From positions 1-55,771 of IMG/VR virus record IMGVR_UViG_3300045971_000477: 55,771 bases of DNA. One strand, given 5' to 3'. This document shows positions 27,675 through 37,300 of this stretch, one piece after another; the stretch's first letter is position 1; the number at the start of each line of letters is the position of its first letter. The translations under genes were made by a program, and so were the position numbers. Origin of the DNA: a virus (lineage: Duplodnaviria; Caudoviricetes). The notes under the pieces are model-generated. The model did no database searches. It was not told where the DNA came from and saw nothing but the letters and a program-made list of their open reading frames with translations.

Positions 27675-30600
27675 ATCACTCCATCCTCATGGTATTCGGT
27701 TGCAAACGGGCCTGCGCCACACACACAGGCTTCTTGCGCCATGTAGATAGCCCAGGCTGTGCTGTAACGGTTTGGCTGGGCATTCGCATCATCCTTGTAG
27801 CCCAACCCATCGGGCGGCACCAGTGCAAGGCCGGCACTCGAAGATGCAGTGTTCCATTCGCTGAAGGTCAACACCCGATACGGCACTGGAGGGGTGGGTG
27901 CTCCCGTGGGCTTGTCGGAACGAGCCTCCACCAAGGTTTGCCGGGGATAATCCCCTGCGGTAGTTCCTGCCACCTCGCCGCACGCCCCGTCGTCCATCTC
28001 CCAGGGGGTCTGGGGCGTCTTGGTTGTTCCAATGCCCACCTGTTCGCAAGGCGCATGTGGTGGCTGCCACATCGGATCTTCCATCTGCTGGGCAAAAGCG
28101 CCCTGCCACTGGGCGAGGTAAGCTTCATCCCCGGAGGCCACGAGGCCCATCAGGTAGGACTGGCCCACCTCACCCCAGGTGTCCAGATCCGTGTTGTTCG
28201 TGATGCAAAGGACGTGCGGGTAGCAGACGGACCATTCCCGGCATGTTGGCGCATCGGAGTCGGTGAACGTGAACGCGGACACTGCCCGGGAGATCCCAAA
28301 TTCTGATGCCTGATGTTCCCTCAATGCCCCTCCCCCGGGGGCAGGAGGTGCCGGCGTGCAGCCGGAGCAATCGGCGTATCGGGCAAGGGCCAAGTCCCGT
28401 TCGGTGAAGTCCCGATAGTTCAACTCCCAAGTCAGGTAGAGGTAATCACCCTTCTGCCGCTTGTCATCCCACTTGTAATCCGCCGCCCCATGAACCTTGA
28501 CCGACCCGCCCCCTGCATATGCGGGCACGCTGCCAGTCACGTTGAAGATTGACGGACTGACGATACCAATGACCTCGATGTTCGTTCCCAGTGTCCCGAC
28601 ATCGGTGAAGTCCACATGATCCCCACGCTTGAGATATGGGGCAGGCTGCTCGAGGGTGATCGCCACTAGGCCCGTGTCGGCAATGTCCGTTGCGGACACC
28701 ACGTTGATTGGGCGACAGAACCCAGGGGCATCCGGCCACCGGATCTTGCCTATGATGCCCGTTCCGCAGTTGGCAATGGTTGGGCTTGTTCCCGGCCAAT
28801 AGGGTAGGGTGGATAGCGTGTAGGCTGTGGTGCCCGCGGTGTGGGTGACGGAGTAGTAGCCGTCAGGGATGCCCATCGCGTCACAGCCACAGACGTAAAC
28901 CTTGTCCCCTGTCAGGATGGGGTGGGCAACGGGTTCGGACAACACGTTCACGGTGTCCCCGCCTGAAGCGGATTGCACGCAGCACACGGTCAGTTCATCC
29001 AGCAAGTCCCGATCTTCTCCGCAGGGACGAGCGTAGTTCCATGAACGCCGGGGCACAACGGTCTCCGCCCACTTCTGGGCATAGCAAAGCCCCCCGTAAC
29101 CACGGATCCAGCTTCCGATGGGCATATCCCCGGCAGGCGCGTGCCACTGGGAATAATTCTCAGTCCACTGTGTTGCGGTGGCCGGGATGCCCACATCCGT
29201 GGCGTCATAGCTGCAGTAGGGGGTCGCCGTGCAGCACCGCAGGGGTTCTTCCCCCTCGTCCACGCACTGACTCGCCGCATTACCCCACGCACCCTGCACC
29301 CATCTGTAATACGATGCCCCTGCATCTCCCACACATCGTTTCCATGTGTAATGCTGGAAATCGAACTGTGGCCCGTAAGCTCGGACGAAAGGTGCAATGG
29401 GCGACCTGCACGGCAACGGCTTCCCCCTGATGGACCCGTCAAACGGTTCAGCGAAAGCTTCCGGGAAGTATTCCGGGTTGTTCGGGTCACGATAGGTGAA
29501 ATCGTTCGGCGGTGTCTCCATCAAGGTGTAATCGAACCATGTATCGGGAGAAACGGGTGACTTGACCTCCCGCCTTGTCACCAGGGGTGCGATGCTGACG
29601 AAATCATCTGTGCGCCACGGGTAGAGGATGTCATCGTTCATTGCCCACTCGTTCAGGAGGGAGAGGCAATCTGACTGGACGGATTCCCAAGTGTATGGCG
29701 TGCCCAGCGTGATGGAAACGGAAAGGGTGTTGGTGAGTGTGCCCTCCATGGTGTATATTGACCCACTCGTCCCCACGTCCTTCCGGTAAGCAATCTCCAG
29801 CACAGAGAAATGCAGGACATTGTCAGTCAGCCCGTATGACCCCGGGACGACATTCATCTTGTATTTGTTGGTCTGAGTGACCGGACCCAACACGGCCACG
29901 GTGGTTGTCTCGGGCACAAGGAAGTAATCCACCACTTCAGAAATCGTTTTGCCATTCAACAATGCCCATGCATTATCCGGTGCGGCTATGACCTTTCCGC
30001 ACTCTGCTGTGAGCTTGGTCAGATCCTTCAGAGATTCGAGGTCGATGTTTAGCCCACCACCCGCAGGATACAGGCCACCGTAGTCCCACGAACCGCCCCC
30101 GCAGGCGTTAACGGACGTAATGACGAGCGAATCCGTGCTTCCGTTGTCCCCCTGGGTGACGACACCTGTCAGCGGGGCAACGGCGTAGCTGCGCCGGACG
30201 CTTCCTGTGAGTGATCCTGAAACATCAAGACCAAGATCGCAACCGTGTGCGGTGGGCAATACCTCGAACCAGTTGTAACTCCCCTCAAGTTCAGCCACCG
30301 CCTGCTTGCTCAGATACTTCGTCTGAGGGGCGGTAAGCATCTCCGCACGGATCGCACTGCACCCGCATCCCGTGGGCAATGTGGCGCAGGATAGCCCATC
30401 CATTCCGTAACCACTGTTGAACCCATACCGCCCATGCCAAACCTTTGCAGCCTGCACATTCTTGAATCCGATCTTGCGGCATTTCGACATGTCCACTGTC
30501 CCGATGGGGTCAGTGGGGTATGTGTTGTAATCGTAGGTTCCCGTGCCGATGGGCGCCCCCACGGCGTTCAATGCGTAGAAGTCCCACGGGGCGCAGGGCT

Positions 30601-30901
30601 GAATGCAGACGTCCGGCACGGTGGTTGCCGTCTCATGCCCATTCTCGCAGATGACGTATCCGCACCCACCGCCCGCCCCGGGCGGGACGTTCTCCGGTCT
30701 ATTGTAGGGGAGCCGGTTTGGTCGTGGGGTGCTGGTGCCCACGTAGCACAACCAGTCCTTGATGCTGGTGTTGTTCGGATACCGCGCAATTGACTTCTCG
30801 TCGTTGCGTTTGTTCTGCCAACAGCCTCCCACATAGTTGCGGGAAGCTGTGGGCCATCCGCCACAGGGCGCGCGGAACGGTGCTCCGAAATCAGAGGCCA
30901 T
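27662..30901 (-). CDS. Large Cys/Trp-rich putative virion (tail-tip) protein
   Basis: 1079 aa; small beta-barrel-like repeats HPILTGDKVYV and PYLKRGDHVDF; many Cys; no signal peptide. Confidence 0.6.
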   Translation of the reverse strand: MASDFGAPFRAPCGGWPTASRNYVGGCWQNKRNDEKSIARYPNNTSIKDWLCYVGTSTPRPNRLPYNRPENVPPGAGGGCGYVICENGHETATTVPDVCIQPCAPWDFYALNAVGAPIGTGTYDYNTYPTDPIGTVDMSKCRKIGFKNVQAAKVWHGRYGFNSGYGMDGLSCATLPTGCGCSAIRAEMLTAPQTKYLSKQAVAELEGSYNWFEVLPTAHGCDLGLDVSGSLTGSVRRSYAVAPLTGVVTQGDNGSTDSLVITSVNACGGGSWDYGGLYPAGGGLNIDLESLKDLTKLTAECGKVIAAPDNAWALLNGKTISEVVDYFLVPETTTVAVLGPVTQTNKYKMNVVPGSYGLTDNVLHFSVLEIAYRKDVGTSGSIYTMEGTLTNTLSVSITLGTPYTWESVQSDCLSLLNEWAMNDDILYPWRTDDFVSIAPLVTRREVKSPVSPDTWFDYTLMETPPNDFTYRDPNNPEYFPEAFAEPFDGSIRGKPLPCRSPIAPFVRAYGPQFDFQHYTWKRCVGDAGASYYRWVQGAWGNAASQCVDEGEEPLRCCTATPYCSYDATDVGIPATATQWTENYSQWHAPAGDMPIGSWIRGYGGLCYAQKWAETVVPRRSWNYARPCGEDRDLLDELTVCCVQSASGGDTVNVLSEPVAHPILTGDKVYVCGCDAMGIPDGYYSVTHTAGTTAYTLSTLPYWPGTSPTIANCGTGIIGKIRWPDAPGFCRPINVVSATDIADTGLVAITLEQPAPYLKRGDHVDFTDVGTLGTNIEVIGIVSPSIFNVTGSVPAYAGGGSVKVHGAADYKWDDKRQKGDYLYLTWELNYRDFTERDLALARYADCSGCTPAPPAPGGGALREHQASEFGISRAVSAFTFTDSDAPTCREWSVCYPHVLCITNNTDLDTWGEVGQSYLMGLVASGDEAYLAQWQGAFAQQMEDPMWQPPHAPCEQVGIGTTKTPQTPWEMDDGACGEVAGTTAGDYPRQTLVEARSDKPTGAPTPPVPYRVLTFSEWNTASSSAGLALVPPDGLGYKDDANAQPNRYSTAWAIYMAQEACVCGAGPFATEYHEDGVICQH

Positions 30902-30904
30902 GAC

Positions 30905-31090
30905 TTACTCCGGGGTCACTTCCCATTCCTTGCCCTCGAAGGCTTTGCCGTTCCGCAACTCCTCGATCTTCGCCATGAGCGCGGCCTGATCCTCAACGGA
31001 CACCAGTCCTTTCTTCACGGCATCGTTGATGTAAGGAATGATTGCCTGCAAAATCTGGATTGCGGCACTGGCTATTGTGATTGGGTCCAT
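30905..31090 (-). CDS. Small amphipathic protein (lysis cassette)
   Basis: MDPITIASAAIQILQAIIP; follows the lipoprotein. Confidence 0.7.
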   Translation of the reverse strand: MDPITIASAAIQILQAIIPYINDAVKKGLVSVEDQAALMAKIEELRNGKAFEGKEWEVTPE

Positions 31091-31094
31091 AGTG

Positions 31095-31487
31095 TTATTG
31101 AGTTGCTGACAACATGTATTGGGAAGCTTCAGTCATGGCTGCTTTCAAGACTGCCAGTGACTGCTGTAACGCGGCAAGGTTTGCCGTGCTGGGCACTGAT
31201 GCGTAGGCATCGCGGAGGGCAATGGCGGTGGTCATCCACTTTGGCGTGTTCTTCCGCATGACGTCCGCCGCCTTCTTGATGTCCGGGTTGGACTTCAGGG
31301 CGGCACGGTTCTGCGATTCCCACGTCACGAATGTGTGGATGGTGTCGTATGCGGCACGGATGCCCACATCCTGTGCATACAGTTTGCTGTCCCCCTTGTA
31401 TGGTCCCGCAGGGTCCAGTGATCTGCACCCGATCAATGCCAGGGCGGCAAAGAGCAGGATCAACGGTGTTTGGATTATCTTTTTCAT
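31095..31487 (-). CDS. Lipoprotein (spanin-like position)
   Basis: MKK + hydrophobic stretch + lipobox LIG-C; helical body. Confidence 0.75.
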   Translation of the reverse strand: MKKIIQTPLILLFAALALIGCRSLDPAGPYKGDSKLYAQDVGIRAAYDTIHTFVTWESQNRAALKSNPDIKKAADVMRKNTPKWMTTAIALRDAYASVPSTANLAALQQSLAVLKAAMTEASQYMLSATQ

Positions 31488-31792
31488 GTTATCAGGTCTT
31501 TCGCATTCGGCAATTTCACCGACGCAAACAGGTCCACCAGAAAGGCGACCAGTCTGTAGAGTTTATTGTTGAGAATCACCGAAAGTAATTCCGGGTCCGC
31601 CTTGCTCTGCACAATGCGGGTAAGCCCATCCTGCAACCGCGTGCTGATGAACTTGGCGGCAAGGCGCAATGCGCCCATCCACGCAACCGCACCGGACACC
31701 CAGCCGTATTTCCCGGCCAACAGACTCATCAATGGTTCGATCTCATTCATGGCAAAAAGGAGTAGGACTGACAGTTCATCATTCATCCACAT
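31484..31792 (-). CDS. Holin-like membrane protein
   Basis: Small; hydrophobic segments; lysis context. Confidence 0.5.
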   Translation of the reverse strand: MWMNDELSVLLLFAMNEIEPLMSLLAGKYGWVSGAVAWMGALRLAAKFISTRLQDGLTRIVQSKADPELLSVILNNKLYRLVAFLVDLFASVKLPNAKDLIT

Positions 31793-32033
31793 GCTTCTTG
31801 TTACAACCTTTCCCTTCGCAGGGCAGGCTTCTCAGGTGATGTTCAATTGATGACAACTGGTCGTCAATTCCCTTGAACTTTGTCGCAAGCCACCAGCAAG
31901 CTCCGACCACCACACCCCCGACAGCCAGTGCTGTTCCTATCGAGATGTGTGTCTCCGGGCTGATGGCGTCTGCCGCGATGTTCGCTGCCATGGCGACGAG
32001 TGGAGTTCCTAGGATGAATAATTTGTCAGTCAT
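31779..32033 (-). CDS. Holin/antiholin-like membrane protein
   Basis: TM IGTALAVGGVVVGACWWLA followed by a short coiled coil. Confidence 0.55.
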   Translation of the reverse strand: MTDKLFILGTPLVAMAANIAADAISPETHISIGTALAVGGVVVGACWWLATKFKGIDDQLSSIEHHLRSLPCEGKGCNKKHVDE

Positions 32034-33190
32034 TTGAGCCTGGTGCGGTAGTATGTCTGCCCAGCAGGGGAGATGGGCAATGTGGCGTTACCGGCAGCAT
32101 CGGCAATCACGTCAGGCATGGGTGTCCATGTCAACAAGTCGTGAGTTACACTGACGCTGAATGCGCCAGATGCTGGTCCCCGTAAATTGAGTCCTTCTGT
32201 CGTCATCTTCTGTTCTGGCCCAGTAACCGCCCATCGATAGTTCAGCCTCCCCCCGGTTATCGTCTTGCCCGTGTAGGCGGGCATCCGATCCACTGCCGCA
32301 AGTAACGCATGAATTGCGTCCACGTCAGGTCGAGCGGATTTGATCAAGGCTAACGCCCCGGCCACCTTTGCGGCGGCAAAACTCGTGCCTGACGTGTAAA
32401 CATAACCATCCGTTCCGTGCAATGCAACAGGAACAATTCTCCCGGGCGCATGTAAATGTACGGATACAGCCGAATACGCAGCAACCGGATACGGGACATC
32501 CGCCATTGTTGACGATGACACAGCCACAACATTGGGCAGATGCCAGTTGATCGGGTAATCGATCCTGGTGGATTCGTCTACGCCAGCATTCAGTGCGGAG
32601 CACACAACGACAAGACCACTCTGGGCTATTGCATCCATGGCAAGTGGATCATTGGCTGTGAATCCCCATGGTAGCACAAGGATTGATGCACCAACGGCCT
32701 GCGCCGCCTTGACGGCGGGTCGGATGGCGATGCTGTTGAACTGGCACTTGATCATGTAGATCGAGGCCTCCGGGGCGATTCCCGCGATGCCTATGGCGTT
32801 GTTCGCTTCCGCAGCAATCACGCTCGCCATCGCTGTGCCATGCCCCGTGGAATCGGTCTGCCAATCGGTTGTTGGGCTGATGGCGATGCCGCCAATGATC
32901 CGGTTGCGAATGTCGGGATGGTTTGTGTCGATGCCCCCATCGGCCAGAGCAACAATGACACCCTTCCCCCGGGTGTATTGCCATGCGGTCAATAAGCCCA
33001 TGTCCGCACCTGTCGCGGGTGCTTCGTCGTAGGAAGGTGCGGGGTTTCCCTTGGAATCGTAGGTGTGGCACTGGTGGTTGGTTGGGCACATGTCCCACTG
33101 CCACGCGTCGCGGTAATAGGCAGGCCCGCCATCCCACTGGAGGCGTGTGGCGGGGTTGACCTGAAGGAACGTGTCGTTGGGTAGGTCCAT
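32030..33190 (-). CDS. Subtilisin-family (S8) serine protease
   Basis: VALADGGIDTNHPD (Asp), GHGTAMASVI (His), SGTSFAA (Ser). Confidence 0.92.
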   Translation of the reverse strand: MDLPNDTFLQVNPATRLQWDGGPAYYRDAWQWDMCPTNHQCHTYDSKGNPAPSYDEAPATGADMGLLTAWQYTRGKGVIVALADGGIDTNHPDIRNRIIGGIAISPTTDWQTDSTGHGTAMASVIAAEANNAIGIAGIAPEASIYMIKCQFNSIAIRPAVKAAQAVGASILVLPWGFTANDPLAMDAIAQSGLVVVCSALNAGVDESTRIDYPINWHLPNVVAVSSSTMADVPYPVAAYSAVSVHLHAPGRIVPVALHGTDGYVYTSGTSFAAAKVAGALALIKSARPDVDAIHALLAAVDRMPAYTGKTITGGRLNYRWAVTGPEQKMTTEGLNLRGPASGAFSVSVTHDLLTWTPMPDVIADAAGNATLPISPAGQTYYRTRLK

Positions 33191-33202
33191 CACTTCATCC
33201 AG

Positions 33203-33397
33203 TTAGGCTTCGCCTGTCGCACATCCTTCGCGGGCAGGGCAACCAGCGTCGCGTTTGATCCCGATCTCGTAATTCCGAATGATTTCTCTGGAGTGGAATG
33301 GGTAGTCCTGAAGGGCTGAGCCGAGTTCGGTGTAGATCACGCCATCCACGACTACGCCCTCGTCGTCGGGTTGTATTTTGGGGTGGTGCGTGCTCAT
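33203..33397 (-). CDS. Hypothetical protein
   Basis: 64 aa; ATGA overlap with the methylase. Confidence 0.55.
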   Translation of the reverse strand: MSTHHPKIQPDDEGVVVDGVIYTELGSALQDYPFHSREIIRNYEIGIKRDAGCPAREGCATGEA

Positions 33398-34374
33398 AGG
33401 CTAAGTCCCTTTTCATGACCAGTGCAACTCGGTGAGAACCAAATAGTTTCCCGCTTTGAATTCTTGTTTCCAGCGGAGTTTCCATATCCACCATTCGTTG
33501 CCTTACCGTTAACCTTTGACCACCCCGGAATGTCATGTTCACCATCATATCCGCATAGCGCGATTCTCAAATCAGGATCATTTTGATTTGCGATGCACCA
33601 GTTTCTGACCGTTGTGGAAACCGCCCCCTCCTGCATGTAAAGCCCATTTGAACAGTCCGCATCGTATGGAGGATCGAGGAATATGGCCGTTACACCGTGG
33701 CGCGTGGTGACAACTGGCGTGACAACTCTTGACCAGTCACCGCAACATACCCTCACATCGCGGATACGATCATGCAACCGGCTGAACCAATCCAAAATGA
33801 ATTGGCCCCTCCCTGAGTTTCCCACGTGGGGGAGTTGTCGATTGATGCCCTGACCTGAGTTTCCCACGTGGGGGAGTTTTCGATTGATGCCCTGACCTGA
33901 GTCGGCTTTGACGATCTCAACGCCGTTTGATTTCCACGGGCCTTTACCCAAGCACCACCCCGCGCCGATCCATGAGCATGCTCCCCACACCCACCACCCC
34001 GCTATTTTGGCGTCATAATAGTCGGGGTCTTCCAAAGACCAAAGCAGCTTCTCCGTTCGGTTTACAAGCCACCCATGGCGTGCGTGAAGATCAATCTCAC
34101 TCACCGGATAATCAGCCCAGTGCGCCGCCCCCTCTGGATCATTCGCTATTGCTCTCCAAAAGTTAGCCACGAAACCATTTGCGTCGTTGATCGTTTCAAC
34201 ACGCCTGCCCTCTGGAGCACCTAACAGCATGGCCAGACTCCCGCAGAATGGCTCAACATAATTATCAACCTCCCCGAATTGGGGCCAAACAATGTCCAAA
34301 GCTCTGCGCTTCCCCCCGAAATAGGGGAATGGAGCAACCAGTTGTTCGGTATTTTGTAAACTCATTGCATCCAT
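33394..34374 (-). CDS. DNA adenine methyltransferase (Dam/D12-like)
   Basis: PFPYFGGK, YVEPFCGS, IND, FLDPPY. Confidence 0.92.
   Translation of the reverse strand: MDAMSLQNTEQLVAPFPYFGGKRRALDIVWPQFGEVDNYVEPFCGSLAMLLGAPEGRRVETINDANGFVANFWRAIANDPEGAAHWADYPVSEIDLHARHGWLVNRTEKLLWSLEDPDYYDAKIAGWWVWGACSWIGAGWCLGKGPWKSNGVEIVKADSGQGINRKLPHVGNSGQGINRQLPHVGNSGRGQFILDWFSRLHDRIRDVRVCCGDWSRVVTPVVTTRHGVTAIFLDPPYDADCSNGLYMQEGAVSTTVRNWCIANQNDPDLRIALCGYDGEHDIPGWSKVNGKATNGGYGNSAGNKNSKRETIWFSPSCTGHEKGLSL
33812..33902. repeat. 42-bp in-frame tandem duplication inside the Dam-like gene
   Basis: Encodes SGQGINR(K/Q)LPHVGN twice; one mismatch. Confidence 0.9.
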
Positions 34375-37300
34375 CCGGGTTTAGCCTGTTTCACGTTCCG
34401 CACGGGGAGGGCATCTGGGAGAGGCACCAGAGTCAGGTTGGTATCCCCCGCCGCGATCTGGGCCTGAATCACCGCATTCGTCGCGCTCAGATAGGTGCGT
34501 TGCAGGTCGATGTTTGCACGTTGCATGTCGTAGGTCGCTTGCACACTGGCCTGCATCGTGTCCCAGTTCAGAGGCTGTAGGTTGCCACCTGTCCTAGCGT
34601 TGTAGGTTTGGTAGTCTTCGGTTGCGATTACAGACCTCTCCCACGGTTGGAGGGCCTTGAGTTTTACCAGGCCATTGCTCGGCCCCACGGCTGTGTTACC
34701 TGCCAGATAAAGGATTGCTCGTGTGTTCAGCTCCGTGAGCCTAGCCATCCTCCGCATGTTGATGAATGAGACTAGGCCGTTAGTTATATAAGGATTGGAT
34801 TCACGCCAAATGATCTCCTTCATGTCGCCTGTGGTTTTGTCGTAAAGCTGGGGCGGGGCGTCATCCGCGTGCGGGCTGATCTGCGTGGCCACACCATCAC
34901 CACCGGAAATATACATCTCAACCACTGCATTCGTGCTATTCGTTATAGAATAGAAGTATGCGAAATTGGGCGGTATGTTCGTGGGTTGGGAACCCATCGG
35001 ATTCAGCACCAACGCAACCGCCTCTTTGCCTGTGCCGCCAAGGGTGACTGTGTTATTCGCTATGGCCTTGGAATTGTAGCCGATGGATGTGGCGTTCGTC
35101 AGCGGCGTTGTGTTCGGGATGGTGGAGGAGCGACCTGAGGAGGTGCCGATGAACGTGCAGTTGGTGTCGATTAGGGATGCTGCGTTGTCTGCGGCGTTTG
35201 CACCGTCCGCGCTCCTGTAACCAACCGATGTATTCCCAGAACCTGTGATTAAATACGTCTGAGATTGATATCCCAGAGCAGTATTCTGCGTCGATAGCTG
35301 CAAAACGTTCTGCGCCTGATAGCCAATAGCAACTGTTCCTGTTATGTTAGTTGCACTTAGCAGCGCACTAGCCCCGACAACAACATTGTAAGAGCCGTTC
35401 GTCTTATCCTGTGCCGCCAATGTGCCCATAACAGTGTTATACGCGCCACCAGTCTCGTAGTAGGCCGTGGAGTAACCAACGGCTACGTTGTTGCTCCCCG
35501 TCATCTTATAGTGTGCCCCTCTACCAATTGAAGTATTGTATGATCCGGTCTGAGATGAATATTGCGCAGAGGTGCCAACAGCGGTGTTGGCTACGCCAGT
35601 CGTTGTGTTCCTCTGAGCGTAAGCACCAAGTGCCGTGTTGTCGGTTCCATCCAAATATTCTTGAGCATAGCTGCCAACGGCAGTATTTGCGATCCCGACG
35701 ATAACAGATTTTTGAGCTTGATAGCCAACTGCTGTGTTCTCCGTTCCGCTCTGCAAAACGTTCTGCGCCTGATAGCCAATAGCAACTGTTCCTGTTATGT
35801 TAGTTGCGTTCTGGACAGCACCCGCACCAATCGCCACATTGTAACTCCCATTCGTGTTTTTACTCAACGCACTCGACCCAATCGCAACGGTTACTATCCC
35901 AGCACTCGCAACCTGCGCGGCGTTGCTGCCGATGCTGATGTTGCCGCCGGGGTAGGCCGATCTGATCTCTTTGAAATAGGTGATGCCATTGAACGTATTT
36001 GATCCATAAAATGCATTATCCATGTTGGTCAGCGGCACTGTGCGGGGCAGTGTGAACCCACTCGCAGCAGGCACGCTGAATGACAAATGCGAATCGTAAG
36101 CCCCGCCACTCACGAAGTTCAGTGAAGTCGGAGTGCCATTCGTCCCGTCGACCTTCCACGCCCAGACGATGTGGGAAGCGTTCGTTGGGACGAAGGAGGA
36201 TGGAAGCGATACTGAGAAGTCGAACAGCACGGGCACGTTGCTCTGGCAGACCTGCGATGGTGCGGCGGCGACCTCTACGAGGTTGGAGAGGATGGGATCG
36301 TAAATGTAGATTTCGGGATGGAATGAGACGGAGGTTGCCGCGGCCCCCACCCTGAATGCATAGGCCTCGATGCTGATCGGCCCAGCCTCAAACCGTGCGA
36401 ATGTGTTCGAGGAAACAATGGAGCGGACGTATTGCCCAGCAGCAGCGGAGACTGTGTTGGTCGTCACGGTAGTTGGGACCGCGGCCCAACCCTGCGATTT
36501 GTTCGTGAGGGTAAGAACGCCTTGGGTGTTCGTAGTTCCCGTAGCATAAACGTGTGCGCCAAGAGAGGCGATCTGGGAGAGCACCCAGTTTGTATCGGCC
36601 ATGGAGCCTAGAGAGTAGCCGCTGGTGTTGGTGATCCCCGCGCCATTGCCTGTGATGGTGAAGCCGACTCTCAGATTTCCTGCAATCACGCCTGAACCCT
36701 GCACCGCAATTTCGCTGCCGACAACCAACTCATTGTCTGATCCTGCGGTCAGAATTACAGGGGAGTTTACACCCACGATCTCCAGCACGCCTGCGGAGTT
36801 GGTGCCGTTCACTGTCAGGTTGTTCGCAAACGTGATAGCTCGCGTGTCGCTGTTGGTCAGAGCGTTCGGACTGGCGGCGTTCGCCAGAGCATTTGACACC
36901 GCAATCAGCTCGGTGCGGGTTGCCAGTGTTCCGGTGGATACCGGAGGCAGTGAGTTGATGAAGTTGACAAGGTTCGTCCCAATGATCCAGCACCCTGCCG
37001 CGTTGAAATGGAGGTTGTCAATCGTGGTCCCCGGCAGAGGATACCAGAGGTTACCGGCTGGGCCTGTGGGTGAGTTGGAGCCAATGTAAGGTGCCGCGTC
37101 CCAATATACACCCCCGTAACTCGCCACGTTATTGCTGATCCAGTTGTTGAGCAACGCCCTGTTCGTTGGGTCCACCCAGCCTGACGTTGGGAATATTGCG
37201 CACTGAACAAATGGAATTGAGCGGTCTGAAATCGTGGTCCAGAGCGCACCGAAATAGCCCTGAATCGTGGCATTGGCGTTGCCTGCGATGAGGTTGTTCA

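Noticed and set aside
35298-35807. 57-bp repeat as a DGR template/variable repeat
   Set aside because: Copies are identical with no adenine-specific differences, both lie in frame in one gene, and no reverse transcriptase is present
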